Source: Pyrinomonadaceae bacterium (lineage in GTDB: Bacteria; Acidobacteriota; Blastocatellia; Pyrinomonadales; Pyrinomonadaceae). Taken from it: DNA of 64,000 nucleotides. Shown in pieces: positions 1-9,648 of this stretch (the first letter of the stretch is position 1; every line of letters begins with the position of its first letter). The notes below the pieces were generated by a model, which saw only the letters and a program-made list of their open reading frames with translations, was not told the DNA's origin and made no database searches. The stretch is taken from contig JBKBYA010000001.1 in assembly GCA_046313635.1 (NCBI GenBank), forward strand, positions 895,481 through 959,480. The letters are read 5' to 3'. The position numbers were made by a program, and so were the translations under genes.

Positions 1-1190
1 CTCCGCACCTCAGGGTCCGAGCCGTGACGCCCGCCGGATGAGAAGGGCGGGTGATGAAAGAAAGCGATCCTCCATTTGTTGGTGTCGCCCGTCAGCTTGT
101 CGCGCAGCCAGTCGAGCTGCCGCTTGTCGAGATAGTTGCTGTTCAGAGCGTAGAAGGATACGCCGCCCTTCTCTATCCGGTAGTAGTCCTCGCCGTTCAT
201 GTTAAAGAGCGCGTAGAACCTCTGATTGGGCGTGTCGTGATTGCCGAGTGACGCATAAAATTTGACGCCCTTGTCGATGAGCGCGCGGTAGGCGTTCTCA
301 AACTTGAGCTTCATATCCTCGGGCCCGTCCGGGCCGTATATGTTGTCGCCGGTCATCAGCACCGTGTCGAAGGGAAAAGCGATGTGATACGTGTTGAGCA
401 TCCGGGCGAGATCGTACTGCTCGCGGCTGCCGCGGCCCGCATCGCCGAAGACGGCGAGCCTGATCGACCCGTCACGCAGCGGCAGCGTCAAAGGCGACGG
501 CAGCTTTACCGCGACCGAACGATTGACCGGCGCCGGTGCCGCCGAATTTTCAAGCGTCGTCGTCGAGACGGGAGCGCTCTGTTGCGGGCCGGCCGCGGCG
601 GGCGTCGTGACCGGCGGCAGAGCGTCGCCCATATAATCGACGATCAACTGATTTTCGCGGTCTACCAGCAAAAGGTAGTTGCCGACAAATCGGTATTGAA
701 GCTGTTTGGGAAGCTGCGGCAGCGCGAGCAGCAGCGTCGGCGGCGTGTCGAGCAGCTCCTTCGACTCGGGGTAGGCGACGTTTACCTTTATCGGAACGCC
801 CTTGTTCTCGGCCTCGAAGACCTTTGTTCGCAGTTCGACGCTGTCCCGACCCTTGAACTGTTCGGCGATCACCCGGCGGACCAGGGCGGCGGCCTCCGGC
901 GTAAAGATCTGCCCTTGGGACGCTCCCGCGCGCGCGTTCTGGACCGCGGTCATAAATGCCGCCTTATGTGCCTGGATCTGTTCGGGCGAGGCCCGCTTGG
1001 GCAAGCGGGGCAGGCGTCTTTCGACCTGCTCGCGCAGTTTAACGTATCCCTTTGCATCGTTCTCAAATCGAGAAGCGATAGTCCTGTCATTCGCGACAAA
1101 AGCGCTTTGCGCCGAGGCCGTACCGGCGAGGAGCGCAAAGGCGATCGCGACCACGCTGTAATATTTTCTTACAAAGCTCATAACCTTCAT
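1..1190 (-). CDS. Secreted calcineurin-like metallophosphoesterase with an extra N-terminal domain (runs off the left edge; absent from ORF track)
   Basis: Manual minus-strand translation from ATG 1190 is open to base 1. It gives signal peptide MKVMSFVRKYYSVVAIAFALLAGTASA, then metallophosphoesterase motifs AVFGDAG, TGDNIY, SLGNHD, FFHHPP. Confidence 0.85.
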   Translation of the reverse strand, partial: MKVMSFVRKYYSVVAIAFALLAGTASAQSAFVANDRTIASRFENDAKGYVKLREQVERRLPRLPKRASPEQIQAHKAAFMTAVQNARAGASQGQIFTPEAAALVRRVIAEQFKGRDSVELRTKVFEAENKGVPIKVNVAYPESKELLDTPPTLLLALPQLPKQLQYRFVGNYLLLVDRENQLIVDYMGDALPPVTTPAAAGPQQSAPVSTTTLENSAAPAPVNRSVAVKLPSPLTLPLRDGSIRLAVFGDAGRGSREQYDLARMLNTYHIAFPFDTVLMTGDNIYGPDGPEDMKLKFENAYRALIDKGVKFYASLGNHDTPNQRFYALFNMNGEDYYRIEKGGVSFYALNSNYLDKRQLDWLRDKLTGDTNKWRIAFFHHPPFSSGGRHGSDPEVR

Positions 1191-1217
1191 CCCTCGTCCC
1201 TCGTCGCGGAGTGTTTT

Positions 1218-1233
1218 CGCAAGGGTTATGCCG
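1218..1233 (-). promoter_or_regulatory. Putative sigma-54 (-24/-12) promoter of the metallophosphoesterase gene
   Basis: Minus strand CGGCATAACCCTTGCG = GG-N10-GC with TTGC, about 28 nt upstream of the ATG. Confidence 0.5.
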
Positions 1234-1396
1234 CGATATCCGCCGCAACGAAGCGATGTCCAAAAAGGCACGATTGCTGAGGCCACCGCGGATATCGGCG
1301 CTTGTGTGACCTCCAGCCGAGCGGCGCCGCTGCGGGCCGGGGCGCATGAGTGCGGTTCAGGCATGTGGATCCAAGCGGAGCGTTACGGAGGTGAAT

Positions 1397-1635
1397 ATGA
1401 AAAAGGGTAGTTTGCGGCTGTGCGCGATCGCTCTCGCGGCGGTGTCGACCGTCGCCGGCACGGCCGCTGGCTGGCCGACCGGCTGCTCCAGCTCACGGAC
1501 AAGCAGATAAGCGACGCCTTTCGCGCGGCAAACTATTCGGACGAGCACCTTACGACCTATACAGCGGCCGTCAAGTCGCGCATCCGGCAGCTCGACGAGG
1601 CGACCCGCGGCGTCCGGCAGACCGTGGAGAATTAG
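1397..1635 (+). pseudogene. Probable internally deleted gene remnant: a signal peptide joined out of frame to the C-terminus of a secreted protein
   Basis: RBS GGAGGTG then ATG 1397 gives MKKGSLRLCAIALAAVSTVAG..., which stops at 1510. Another frame gives protein-like HGRWLADRLLQLTDKQISDAFRAANYS...KSRIRQLD to 1635 with no RBS of its own. Confidence 0.55.
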
Positions 1636-1661
1636 GATCACCGCAGTACGATCACGGCGCT

Positions 1662-2117
1662 TCAGCTTGCTTTCGTGAGGCGGTCCTTTACGGCCTCGCT
1701 GACCGCGCGGCCGTCCGCAGACTTGCCGGCGAGCTTTGCGAGGGCCGCCTTCATCACGACGCCCATATCCTTTGGCGACGAAGCTCCGGTCTCGGCGATC
1801 GCCTCGGTCACGGCCGCTTCGATGTCCTCTGGCGAGGCGGCCTGCGGCAGATATGTCTCGATGACGGCGAGTTCGGCCGCTTCTTTCTCCGCAAGCTCGG
1901 CACGGCCCGCGGCGTTGTACTGCTCGATCGAATCGCGTCGCTGCTTGACGAGCGACTGGAGCGCCTTTGTGATCTCCTCGTCGGTCAGATCACCGCCCTT
2001 TTCGATCTGCCGATTCATCAGATTTGCCTTGACCATGCGCAGCGTCGAGAGCCGCGCGGCGTCCTTTGCCTTCATCGCGTCGGTCAGGTCGGAGACGATC
2101 TTGTCTTTCAGACTCAT
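1662..2117 (-). CDS. yqeY: GatB/YqeY domain protein
   Basis: MSLKDKIVSDLTDAMKAKD...RLSTLRMVK...KQRRDSIEQY..AGR.ELAEKE.AE...YLP...KDMG.VM; start moved to ATG 2117. Confidence 0.93.
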   Translation of the reverse strand: MSLKDKIVSDLTDAMKAKDAARLSTLRMVKANLMNRQIEKGGDLTDEEITKALQSLVKQRRDSIEQYNAAGRAELAEKEAAELAVIETYLPQAASPEDIEAAVTEAIAETGASSPKDMGVVMKAALAKLAGKSADGRAVSEAVKDRLTKAS

Positions 2118-2159
2118 ACGCTCACAGTCTATTGCGAAAGCTCGCCGCCCAACAAACTC

Positions 2160-2186
2160 AAAAAAAAGCCCGGCGCCGGCCGGGCC
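2160..2186 (-). terminator. Rho-independent terminator
   Basis: Minus strand GCCCGGCCGGCGCCGGGC hairpin followed by a T-run. Confidence 0.65.
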
Positions 2187-2209
2187 ATAAACACCGTTGG
2201 AGGAGAGAT

Positions 2210-2407
2210 CTAAAATCCGCCGGCCGCCGACCGGTTGAATCCGGGCGAGCCGCTCTCTTGCGCGTGCGTATCTATCCGCCCGCGGCGCGCCGATGCGGGA
2301 GCCGAAGACGATCGACGCCACCACGCCGCAAGCGCGATACTGCCGCCGAGCAGCAGCCCGGCCGTAACGATCGTGCGATAGTCGATACCCTTTGATCTGT
2401 TTGCCAT
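2210..2407 (-). CDS. Small single-TM hypothetical protein (65 aa)
   Basis: MANRSKGIDYRTIVTAGLLLGGSIALAAWWRR...; one hydrophobic segment, and a terminator follows directly. Confidence 0.45.
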   Translation of the reverse strand: MANRSKGIDYRTIVTAGLLLGGSIALAAWWRRSSSAPASARRGRIDTHAQESGSPGFNRSAAGGF

Positions 2408-2695
2408 ATGAAACCCCTGGATAAGTGCCGTCCTGCGACAGAGGCACCACAAGTATCTTCGGGAGGATCCTGAATACCCGTGCTTATCAACAGGACGGAT
2501 TTTTAGCATAGAAAATCGCGGAAGCGGGTAATGTACTCCAGGGTACGGAAGCTGAAATTCTCGGCATTTGCTCACATCTGGCCGACATTCGGCCGCCCCG
2601 GCCCTCAAAGCAACCATTCAAAAATCTCGCCGCATCACACCGGGCAGGTCCTGCAGTTTTTCGACCAATCCAACAGCAAAGTTCGAAACGGCAAT

Positions 2696-5600
2696 ATGCG
2701 TATCAAGCTCTCTCTCTTGAGCGCCCTGACAGCGGTTTGCGCTTTTACAGCGGCCGGGCAGACGGTAAATGAATCCGGCTCTTCGGTGGTGATCAACAAA
2801 CTGACGGCTGACGTCTCGCTCGCGATCGAATCGCGTGCCGCCGTGCCGGCGCCGGTCGAGCTCTCGCTGTTAGACGTCGACGGCAAGGTTCGAGCGGAGC
2901 GCTCGCAAACGGTCCGCTTGAGTGCCGGCTCGCGCAGCTACAAATTCTTGATCCCGATCGGCAGTGTGATGAGAGACGCCGGCAGCGAGATCGGCTGGTG
3001 GCGTCTGCGTTATCGCGTGGGCGGCTCGACCGGCATCGTCTCTCTTTCCGAACTGCTTAGGGGCGACTTTGAATTGCGGGCCGCCGCATTCCAGCGCGTC
3101 GCGCCGGGCGAGCCGATCCGCGTCCGCGTCCGTGCGCTCGACCCGTACAAGGACAAGGGCGTCCGCGGCGTCGCGATAACGGGCGTGCTGATCGTCGGCC
3201 TCGACACCGAAGAGGACGAAGACGAACTCAAGCTCATCGCAAAGGGGCGCACCGACGGCGACGGCTTCGCCATTCTCGATTTCCGCGTGCCCGCCAATAT
3301 CAAGTGGGACGGCGACGAGATCGATATCAAGATCACCGGCCAAAAGAACGGCGTCGTCCGCGAGATCGACGACGACATCGACACAGACGATCGGCAGTCG
3401 TCCGTTCTGCTGACAGCGGACAAGCCGCTCTACCAGCCGGGACAGACTTTCAACGTCCGCGGGCTTTTTCTGGACCCGAACAACACGGTCGTCGCCGGCG
3501 CCGAGCTCGAATTCAAGATCGAGGACGAGGACGACACCGTCGTCTTTCGCCAAACGGTCAAGACGTCCGAATACGGCATCGCCGCGATCTCGTGGCCGAT
3601 TCCCGAGAGCGCAAAGCTCGGCTCGTATCGGGTCATCGTCGAGGCCGACGACGACCTGCGCGAGGACCAGTTGGTCTTTAAGATCTCTCGTTACGATCTG
3701 CCGAATTTCAGCGTCGTCGCTAAACCCGACCAGACCTATTACCTGCCGACCGAAACGCAGGCCGCGATCACCGTCAACGCCGATTATCTATTCGGCAAAC
3801 CGGTCACTCGCGGCAAGGTGCGCGTCGTCGAGGAGTCGGACCGCAAGTGGAATTGGCGCGAGCAGCGATACGACGTTACCGAAGGCGCGGTCGTCGAGGG
3901 CCAGACGGACGCGAGCGGTAAGTTCGTCGCCAAGATCGATCTCAAAAAAGACATCGCGGAATTGCGGGAGCATGAGTGGAAGCGATTCGAGGACCTGACC
4001 TTCAGCGCCTATTTCACAGATCTCACGACCAACCGTACCGAGCAGCGGCGATTCGACATTCGTCTGACCAAGGAGCCGATCCACATTTACCTGATGCGGT
4101 ACGCCGAGCAGCACGAGGACCTGCCGCTCACTGCATACGTCTCGACCTTTTACGCCGACGGCACGCCCGCGTCGTGCACGGTCGAGGTCGCCGACGCGGG
4201 CGGGACGGTCGAGCGCTTTAAGACAAACTCGCTCGGCGCCGGGAAGTTCGAGGTCCGCATCCCGCCCGAGCGGATCAAGAGCTCTGAATACGAGATCCGC
4301 ATCACGGCCCGCGACCGCGAGGGCCGGCAGGGCAGGATCGAGGAGTCGTATTACCTCTCGTCAAACGACGCGGTCCGCATTACGACCGACAAGACGATCT
4401 ACTCGCCGGGCGAGCCGGTCGAGGTTGATCTGATGTCGTCGCGCAAGAGCGGCTTTGTTTACGTCGACGTCGTCAGCGAAGGAGCGCCGATCGAGTCGCA
4501 CACCGTCGAGCTCCGGGGCGGACGAGCGCATCTGACCCTGCCGTACAGGCCGGCATTCGCGGGCGAGCTGACTATCGCCGCGTACACCGACGAAGAAGAC
4601 GGCCGCTGGTACGACGAGATGCGCGCCGCTCGCGGGATAATTTTTCCGCAGCAGCGAAACCTGGTGCTCGACGCAAAATTTACCAAGGAGACGTACAAGC
4701 CCGGCGAGGACGCGGTTGTGCGATTCGCTGTCCGCGACGCCCAGCGGCGGCCGTTCGAGAGCGCGATCGGGCTCGGCATTTTTGACAAGGCGATCGAGGA
4801 GCGGGCACGCACCGATGCGGAATTCGGCGGCTACTTCGATCGCTTTTACCGGCTGATGGGCTACGAGCGCTCGTTCGGGAATCTCAGCGTCAAGGACCTC
4901 AACGATCTCGATATGTCGCGGCCGCCGTCGCCCGAGATGCAGCTTGCGGCCGAGATCATGCTCGCCGGCGGCCGGTACTATCCCGAGGTCTTTCACAGCG
5001 GCAACATCGACGCGCGGGCCAAGGATCTCTATTCCGGATCGATCGCGAAGCAGCTCGCACCTATCGCCGCGGCACTCGACGCGCAGTACGCCGCCGATTT
5101 CTCGCATCCGACCGATCGGCCGTCTTTGGAACGCATCCTCGCCGCACGCGGCGTCGACCTTGCGCAGATGCTCGACCCGTGGGGCAACGCTTACTCGGCC
5201 GCGTTCACCGTCGATCGGACGCACGACGTCGTAACGCTGAGATCGTCCGGGCCGGACAAGCAGCCCGGCACGGCCGACGACTTTGACGTACTGAGCAAGC
5301 GGTACGCGTACTTCACAAAAACGGGCGAGGCGATCGACCGCGCTTCGGGCGATTATCACACCCGCACCGGCCGCTACATTCGCGATCTCGCGACGCTCTC
5401 GGCCGAGCTTGCGAAGCAGGGCGTCGATCCCGCGTCGCTGACCAAGGATCGCTGGGGCCGCGATCATCGGATCACGTTCGAGGTCGCGGGCCGCAATTAC
5501 CTGACACGGATCTACTCGCTCGGCCCGAACGGCGTTTACGACGGGCCGCAGACGTGGCGCGGCGACGACGTCGAGGTTTGGAAGAGCTACATAGATCACT

Positions 5601-8548
5601 TCGGCGACAGCGAGCGAGACATCAACCGCGCGCTCGATCTCGAGATCAACCAGCGCAGGCAGCCTTTCCCGCGCAACGAGGCCGAATTCGCCGAGACGCT
5701 CCGACGCGGCGGCATCGATCTCGCGTCGATCCGCGACGGATATGGCCAGCCGGTCTATGTCACCGCCGTTCGACAGACGCGTTACGCCGACAAGACGACG
5801 GTCGAGAACGGCAAGACGAAGATCACGCCCGTGACCGAGGAGCTAATGGTCTTCAAGGTCAACACGGCCGGCGAGGACCGCGCGAGTGACACCGACGACG
5901 CCGTCCTCGCGACATTCTCGAGTGTCATCACCGAGGCCCACAAAGGGACGGGCTTCGCAATGACCGACGTCAGCACGACCGTGTTTTCTGGAGCAAAAGG
6001 CGCGATCAAGGGAACAGTCGTCGATCCGACCGGAGCTGTCGTCGCCGGCGCGGCGGTAACGGCGACGGATATAAACGACGAGGCCAAAACTTCCACGGTA
6101 GCGACGGACGAGAATGGAGAATTCCTGCTCAACAATCTGCCGTCGGGAACATATCGGGTGAAGGTGGAATACTCGGGATTCAGGTCTGCGGTCACGACAG
6201 TACAGGTCCGTTCGCAGACCCTCGTGCAGGTCAATTTAACTCTCGAAGTCGCCGGCACCACCGAGGTCGTCACGGTTGCGGGCTCGCGCGAAGAGTCTGT
6301 AGTCAATGTCACCAACAGCAAGATCGAAACGACCGTCACCAAGACAAAGGCCGGCGCGATCCGATTCCCCTACGCCGAGCAGACATCTACGCCGCGGCTG
6401 CGCGAGTACTTTCCCGAGACGCTCGTTTGGCGGCCGGAGGTCGTGACCGACAAACGCGGCCGTGCCGAGGTCGCGTTCAAGATGGCCGACAACATCACGA
6501 CGTGGAAGATGTTTGCCATCGCATCGACCAAAAAGGGAAAGATCGGCGTTATCGAAAAAGAGATCACCGCCTTTCAACCTTTCTTCGTCGATCTCGACCC
6601 GCCGAAGTTCCTGACCGCGGGCGACGAGATCTGGCTGCCGACGCAGGTCCGCAACTACACCGAGCGGCCGCAGCGTGTCGACGTGACGCTGGACAAGGCC
6701 GCGTGGTTCACGCTGCTCGGCGGCGAGCGAAAGCAGGTCGATGTCGCGAGCGGCTCGAGCGAGAATGCGGTATTCGGCTTCCGCGCTCATTCGCCGGTCA
6801 AGGACGGCAAGCAGCGCGTCACGGCGATCGCACGTTCGGACTCGGACGCGATCGAAAGGGCGGTGACCGTCCGCCCCGACGGCGAAGAGATCGTCCGGAC
6901 CGATTCGCGCGTGTTTGAACGCTCGACGAAGTTCGAGATCGACTTTCCCGCAAACGCTCTTGCGGGTACGCAGCGGGCCGAGATCAAGATCTATCCGAAT
7001 CTCTTTTCGCACGTCGCCGACTCGGTCGAGGGCCTGCTGCAGCGGCCGTACGGCTGCGGCGAGCAGACTATCTCGTCAACGTATCCCAATCTGATGATCC
7101 TCAAATTTGCAGCCAAAGACTCGGCGCTGCGCGGCAAGGCCGAGCGGTATCTGCGGAAAGGCTATGAGCGGCTCGCGGGCTACCAGACGTCGTCGGGCGG
7201 TTTTAGTTATTGGGGGCCGAAAGACTCGCCCGACATCGCGTTGACGGCGTACGCGATCCGATTCCTGAACGACGCGCGGCCGTTCGTCGATGTCGACGAA
7301 GGGATGATTGAACGCGCGCAAAGCTGGCTCGTCTCTCAGCAGCGGGCGGACGGCAGCTGGAACAAGCGATACAACTGGGAGACGGCCGACGACCCGAACC
7401 GAACGAAGCTGATCACCTCGTACGTCGCCCGAGCTCTCGCGATGCCGAGGCCCGACCGCGGCGACGCAAAATCAAATTCGCAGACGGCCGATTCTCTTCG
7501 CCGCGCACTTGGCTATCTCAAGAATCGCAACGCCGAGATCGACGAGCCGTACGCTCTCGCGCTCTTCGGCCTCGCATCGCTCGACGCGGGCGATAAGACG
7601 ACTGCGACCGAAGTTGCCGAACGGCTCGCCAAAATGGCTCACGCCGAGGGGCCGACTTCGTATTGGAAGCTCGAGACCAACACACCGTTTTACGGCTGGG
7701 GCACGGCCGGCCGCATCGAGACGACCGCGCTCGTGCTGCAGCTGCTGACAAAGACGGCGGCCGCCGGCGAGTCGCGCGGATCGGCCGATCTGCGTTCGCG
7801 TGCGCTGCTATTTTTGCTGAAGAACAAAGACCGCTACGGCGTCTGGTATTCGACGCAGACGACGATCAACGTGCTTGACGCGTTTCTCGCGACCCTCGCC
7901 GCGGGAGCGGTTCACGCGGGCGAGCAGACGGTCCGCGTCTCGGCTAACGGCGCCGAGGTCGCAAGCGTCGCGGTCGAACCCGACCGCATCGATCCGATCA
8001 TTGTTGATCTCCACGGGCGACTCGACCCGGCAAAGAACACGATCGAGATCGACACCGGAGCCTCGGGAGCGTCGGTAATGGCCCAGGCGGTCGCGACGCA
8101 TTACATCGACTGGCGCGATTCGGCGAGCTCGACGCTGAACGCCGGCGAGTCGCGCGCCGTCCGGCTCGACTACAAATGCGACAAGCCGTCGCCGGCGATC
8201 ATGGAAGAAGTGACCTGCTCGGTCGAGGCGGAGCGGATCGGATTCCGCGGTTACGGGATGCTGCTCGCCGAGATCGGCACGCCGCCGGGAGTCGACGTCA
8301 GCCGCGAGTCGCTCGAACGCGCGCTCGAGAGCGACTGGAGCCTCAGCCGCTACGAGATTTTGCCCGACCGCATCGTGCTCTATATGTGGGCAAAGGCCGG
8401 CGGGACAAAGTTCGATTTCAAGTTCAAGCCGCGCTACGGCATTAACGCCCAGACGCCCGCGTCGAGCGTTTACGACTACTACAATCCCGAAGCCCGCGCC
8501 GTCGCCAGACCGCTGCGCTTCGCAACCCGTGCAGAAACGCGACCGTAA
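2696..8548 (+). CDS. Alpha-2-macroglobulin family thioester protein with inserted domains
   Basis: Signal peptide from ATG 2696. MG-domain motifs TADKPLYQPGQ and TTDKTIYSPGE, then LREYFPETLVW, DNITTW, thioester PYGCGEQT and C-terminal VYDYYNPE. Confidence 0.93.
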   Translation: MRIKLSLLSALTAVCAFTAAGQTVNESGSSVVINKLTADVSLAIESRAAVPAPVELSLLDVDGKVRAERSQTVRLSAGSRSYKFLIPIGSVMRDAGSEIGWWRLRYRVGGSTGIVSLSELLRGDFELRAAAFQRVAPGEPIRVRVRALDPYKDKGVRGVAITGVLIVGLDTEEDEDELKLIAKGRTDGDGFAILDFRVPANIKWDGDEIDIKITGQKNGVVREIDDDIDTDDRQSSVLLTADKPLYQPGQTFNVRGLFLDPNNTVVAGAELEFKIEDEDDTVVFRQTVKTSEYGIAAISWPIPESAKLGSYRVIVEADDDLREDQLVFKISRYDLPNFSVVAKPDQTYYLPTETQAAITVNADYLFGKPVTRGKVRVVEESDRKWNWREQRYDVTEGAVVEGQTDASGKFVAKIDLKKDIAELREHEWKRFEDLTFSAYFTDLTTNRTEQRRFDIRLTKEPIHIYLMRYAEQHEDLPLTAYVSTFYADGTPASCTVEVADAGGTVERFKTNSLGAGKFEVRIPPERIKSSEYEIRITARDREGRQGRIEESYYLSSNDAVRITTDKTIYSPGEPVEVDLMSSRKSGFVYVDVVSEGAPIESHTVELRGGRAHLTLPYRPAFAGELTIAAYTDEEDGRWYDEMRAARGIIFPQQRNLVLDAKFTKETYKPGEDAVVRFAVRDAQRRPFESAIGLGIFDKAIEERARTDAEFGGYFDRFYRLMGYERSFGNLSVKDLNDLDMSRPPSPEMQLAAEIMLAGGRYYPEVFHSGNIDARAKDLYSGSIAKQLAPIAAALDAQYAADFSHPTDRPSLERILAARGVDLAQMLDPWGNAYSAAFTVDRTHDVVTLRSSGPDKQPGTADDFDVLSKRYAYFTKTGEAIDRASGDYHTRTGRYIRDLATLSAELAKQGVDPASLTKDRWGRDHRITFEVAGRNYLTRIYSLGPNGVYDGPQTWRGDDVEVWKSYIDHFGDSERDINRALDLEINQRRQPFPRNEAEFAETLRRGGIDLASIRDGYGQPVYVTAVRQTRYADKTTVENGKTKITPVTEELMVFKVNTAGEDRASDTDDAVLATFSSVITEAHKGTGFAMTDVSTTVFSGAKGAIKGTVVDPTGAVVAGAAVTATDINDEAKTSTVATDENGEFLLNNLPSGTYRVKVEYSGFRSAVTTVQVRSQTLVQVNLTLEVAGTTEVVTVAGSREESVVNVTNSKIETTVTKTKAGAIRFPYAEQTSTPRLREYFPETLVWRPEVVTDKRGRAEVAFKMADNITTWKMFAIASTKKGKIGVIEKEITAFQPFFVDLDPPKFLTAGDEIWLPTQVRNYTERPQRVDVTLDKAAWFTLLGGERKQVDVASGSSENAVFGFRAHSPVKDGKQRVTAIARSDSDAIERAVTVRPDGEEIVRTDSRVFERSTKFEIDFPANALAGTQRAEIKIYPNLFSHVADSVEGLLQRPYGCGEQTISSTYPNLMILKFAAKDSALRGKAERYLRKGYERLAGYQTSSGGFSYWGPKDSPDIALTAYAIRFLNDARPFVDVDEGMIERAQSWLVSQQRADGSWNKRYNWETADDPNRTKLITSYVARALAMPRPDRGDAKSNSQTADSLRRALGYLKNRNAEIDEPYALALFGLASLDAGDKTTATEVAERLAKMAHAEGPTSYWKLETNTPFYGWGTAGRIETTALVLQLLTKTAAAGESRGSADLRSRALLFLLKNKDRYGVWYSTQTTINVLDAFLATLAAGAVHAGEQTVRVSANGAEVASVAVEPDRIDPIIVDLHGRLDPAKNTIEIDTGASGASVMAQAVATHYIDWRDSASSTLNAGESRAVRLDYKCDKPSPAIMEEVTCSVEAERIGFRGYGMLLAEIGTPPGVDVSRESLERALESDWSLSRYEILPDRIVLYMWAKAGGTKFDFKFKPRYGINAQTPASSVYDYYNPEARAVARPLRFATRAETRP

Positions 8549-8632
8549 GGGAGCGTGCGATCCGATTGCGGACTGCGGATCTCGGATTTGCCGAGAAAAT
8601 CCACAATCCGAAATCCGAAATCCGCAATCGAA
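8532..8632. repeat. REP-like element plus inverted heptamer arrays
   Basis: CAGAAACGCGACCGTAAGGGAGCG overlaps the A2M stop codon. Then GATTGCG GACTGCG GATCTCG GATTTG ... AATCCAC AATCCGA AATCCGA AATCCGC AATCGAA (7-nt units, inverted halves). Confidence 0.7.
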
Positions 8633-9008
8633 GTATCGCATCAGTACAGACCGCGGCGATGTCTCGACCGTCTGTTTGAATTCAGAATGCTTAACCAACC
8701 GCGCGGCGCTTAACCAAAATGCGGCCCGACACACGCGGCCCGAGCGCCAAAGAATCAACCTTCAGCCGCCTCCGTGCTCTGTGCACTCTGTGGTAAACAG
8801 CCCTTCGAGGCGGTTCCAAACGCCGAGACGCCGAGACAGGGAGAATCGAAAGGCGCCGACCATCGACCGACGAACTTGTCCTCCACCGCTCTTCGACGCT
8901 CCCGAGAATTCCAAAATCTTTCAACCCTTTAGCCCTGCGCACCTGACGGAGCGCTCGACGGTTGAAGCGCCTCTTTAGCGCCTGCGCGCTTTTTGGCCGT
9001 GTCGTCGC

Positions 9009-9024
9009 GGGCACACACGTTGCA
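9009..9024 (+). promoter_or_regulatory. Putative sigma-54 promoter of the end-joining operon
   Basis: GGGCACACACGTTGCA = GG(9010-11)-N10-GC(9022-23), close to TGGCAC-N5-TTGCA. Predicted +1 about 9035, ATG at 9037 with no SD. Confidence 0.65.
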
Positions 9025-9036
9025 CCTGCGGCGGGC

Positions 9037-9648
9037 ATGGCACGACCGCTCATTCTATCGCTCGACGGACAGGAGTTTCCGGTCTACATCGAAAAGATCG
9101 ACCGCGACCGACTGTACGGCAGCGTCGAGGTCGAGGCCTTTGACGAAAAGGGAAATCCCGCGGCGATCAAGGTGCTTGCACCCGACGGCCGCACGCTTAT
9201 CGACAAGGGCGGCACCGCGTTGACCGTCGTCGACGAAGACGGCGACTCGCTGGGCCGCAGCGAACTCAAAGCCGTCGACGACAACGGCGAACCGATCGAG
9301 CCGGTGCCGTCGTCATTTGGCCGTACAAACGTTCTTCAGCGCGCGGAGGTCGACGACTACCTCGCGCAGATCGTGAAATCGGTTTACGCAGTGCGGCCCG
9401 CCGACGACGTGCCGCTCGAGTATCTGCACGATCATCTCGCCGCGGGCGAGATGTACACCTTTCCGTTCAGCTACCGCGGCGGTCTCGAGTACGACAGCGG
9501 CTTTGTCGTCGGCAGCGGTGAAGATGCGTTCCTGGTGGTCGGAAAGCCTGCGGCGCTGCAGTTCGTCAAGCTGAACCAGGCGGCCGTGCTCGACTCGATC
9601 GAGGAGGCAGAGATCTCCGCCGACGAGATCGACTTTGAATCTTTATGA
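9037..9648 (+). CDS. Acidic hypothetical protein, probable divergent Ku-like beta-barrel (subunit A)
   Basis: MARPLILSLDGQEFPVYIEK...VDEDGDSLGRSEL...EVDDYLAQIVKSVYAVRP...LEYLHDHLAAGEMYTFPFSYRGG.EYDSGFVVGSGEDAFLVVG parallels the Ku core pattern by eye; acidic tail EISADEIDFESL. The CDS is confident, the Ku call is inference. Confidence 0.6.
   Translation: MARPLILSLDGQEFPVYIEKIDRDRLYGSVEVEAFDEKGNPAAIKVLAPDGRTLIDKGGTALTVVDEDGDSLGRSELKAVDDNGEPIEPVPSSFGRTNVLQRAEVDDYLAQIVKSVYAVRPADDVPLEYLHDHLAAGEMYTFPFSYRGGLEYDSGFVVGSGEDAFLVVGKPAALQFVKLNQAAVLDSIEEAEISADEIDFESL

Noticed and set aside
5100..5920. Type II secretion pseudopilin genes
   Set aside because: The GspG-like motifs are in frame inside the A2M ORF, with no prepilin leader and no other T2SS genes.
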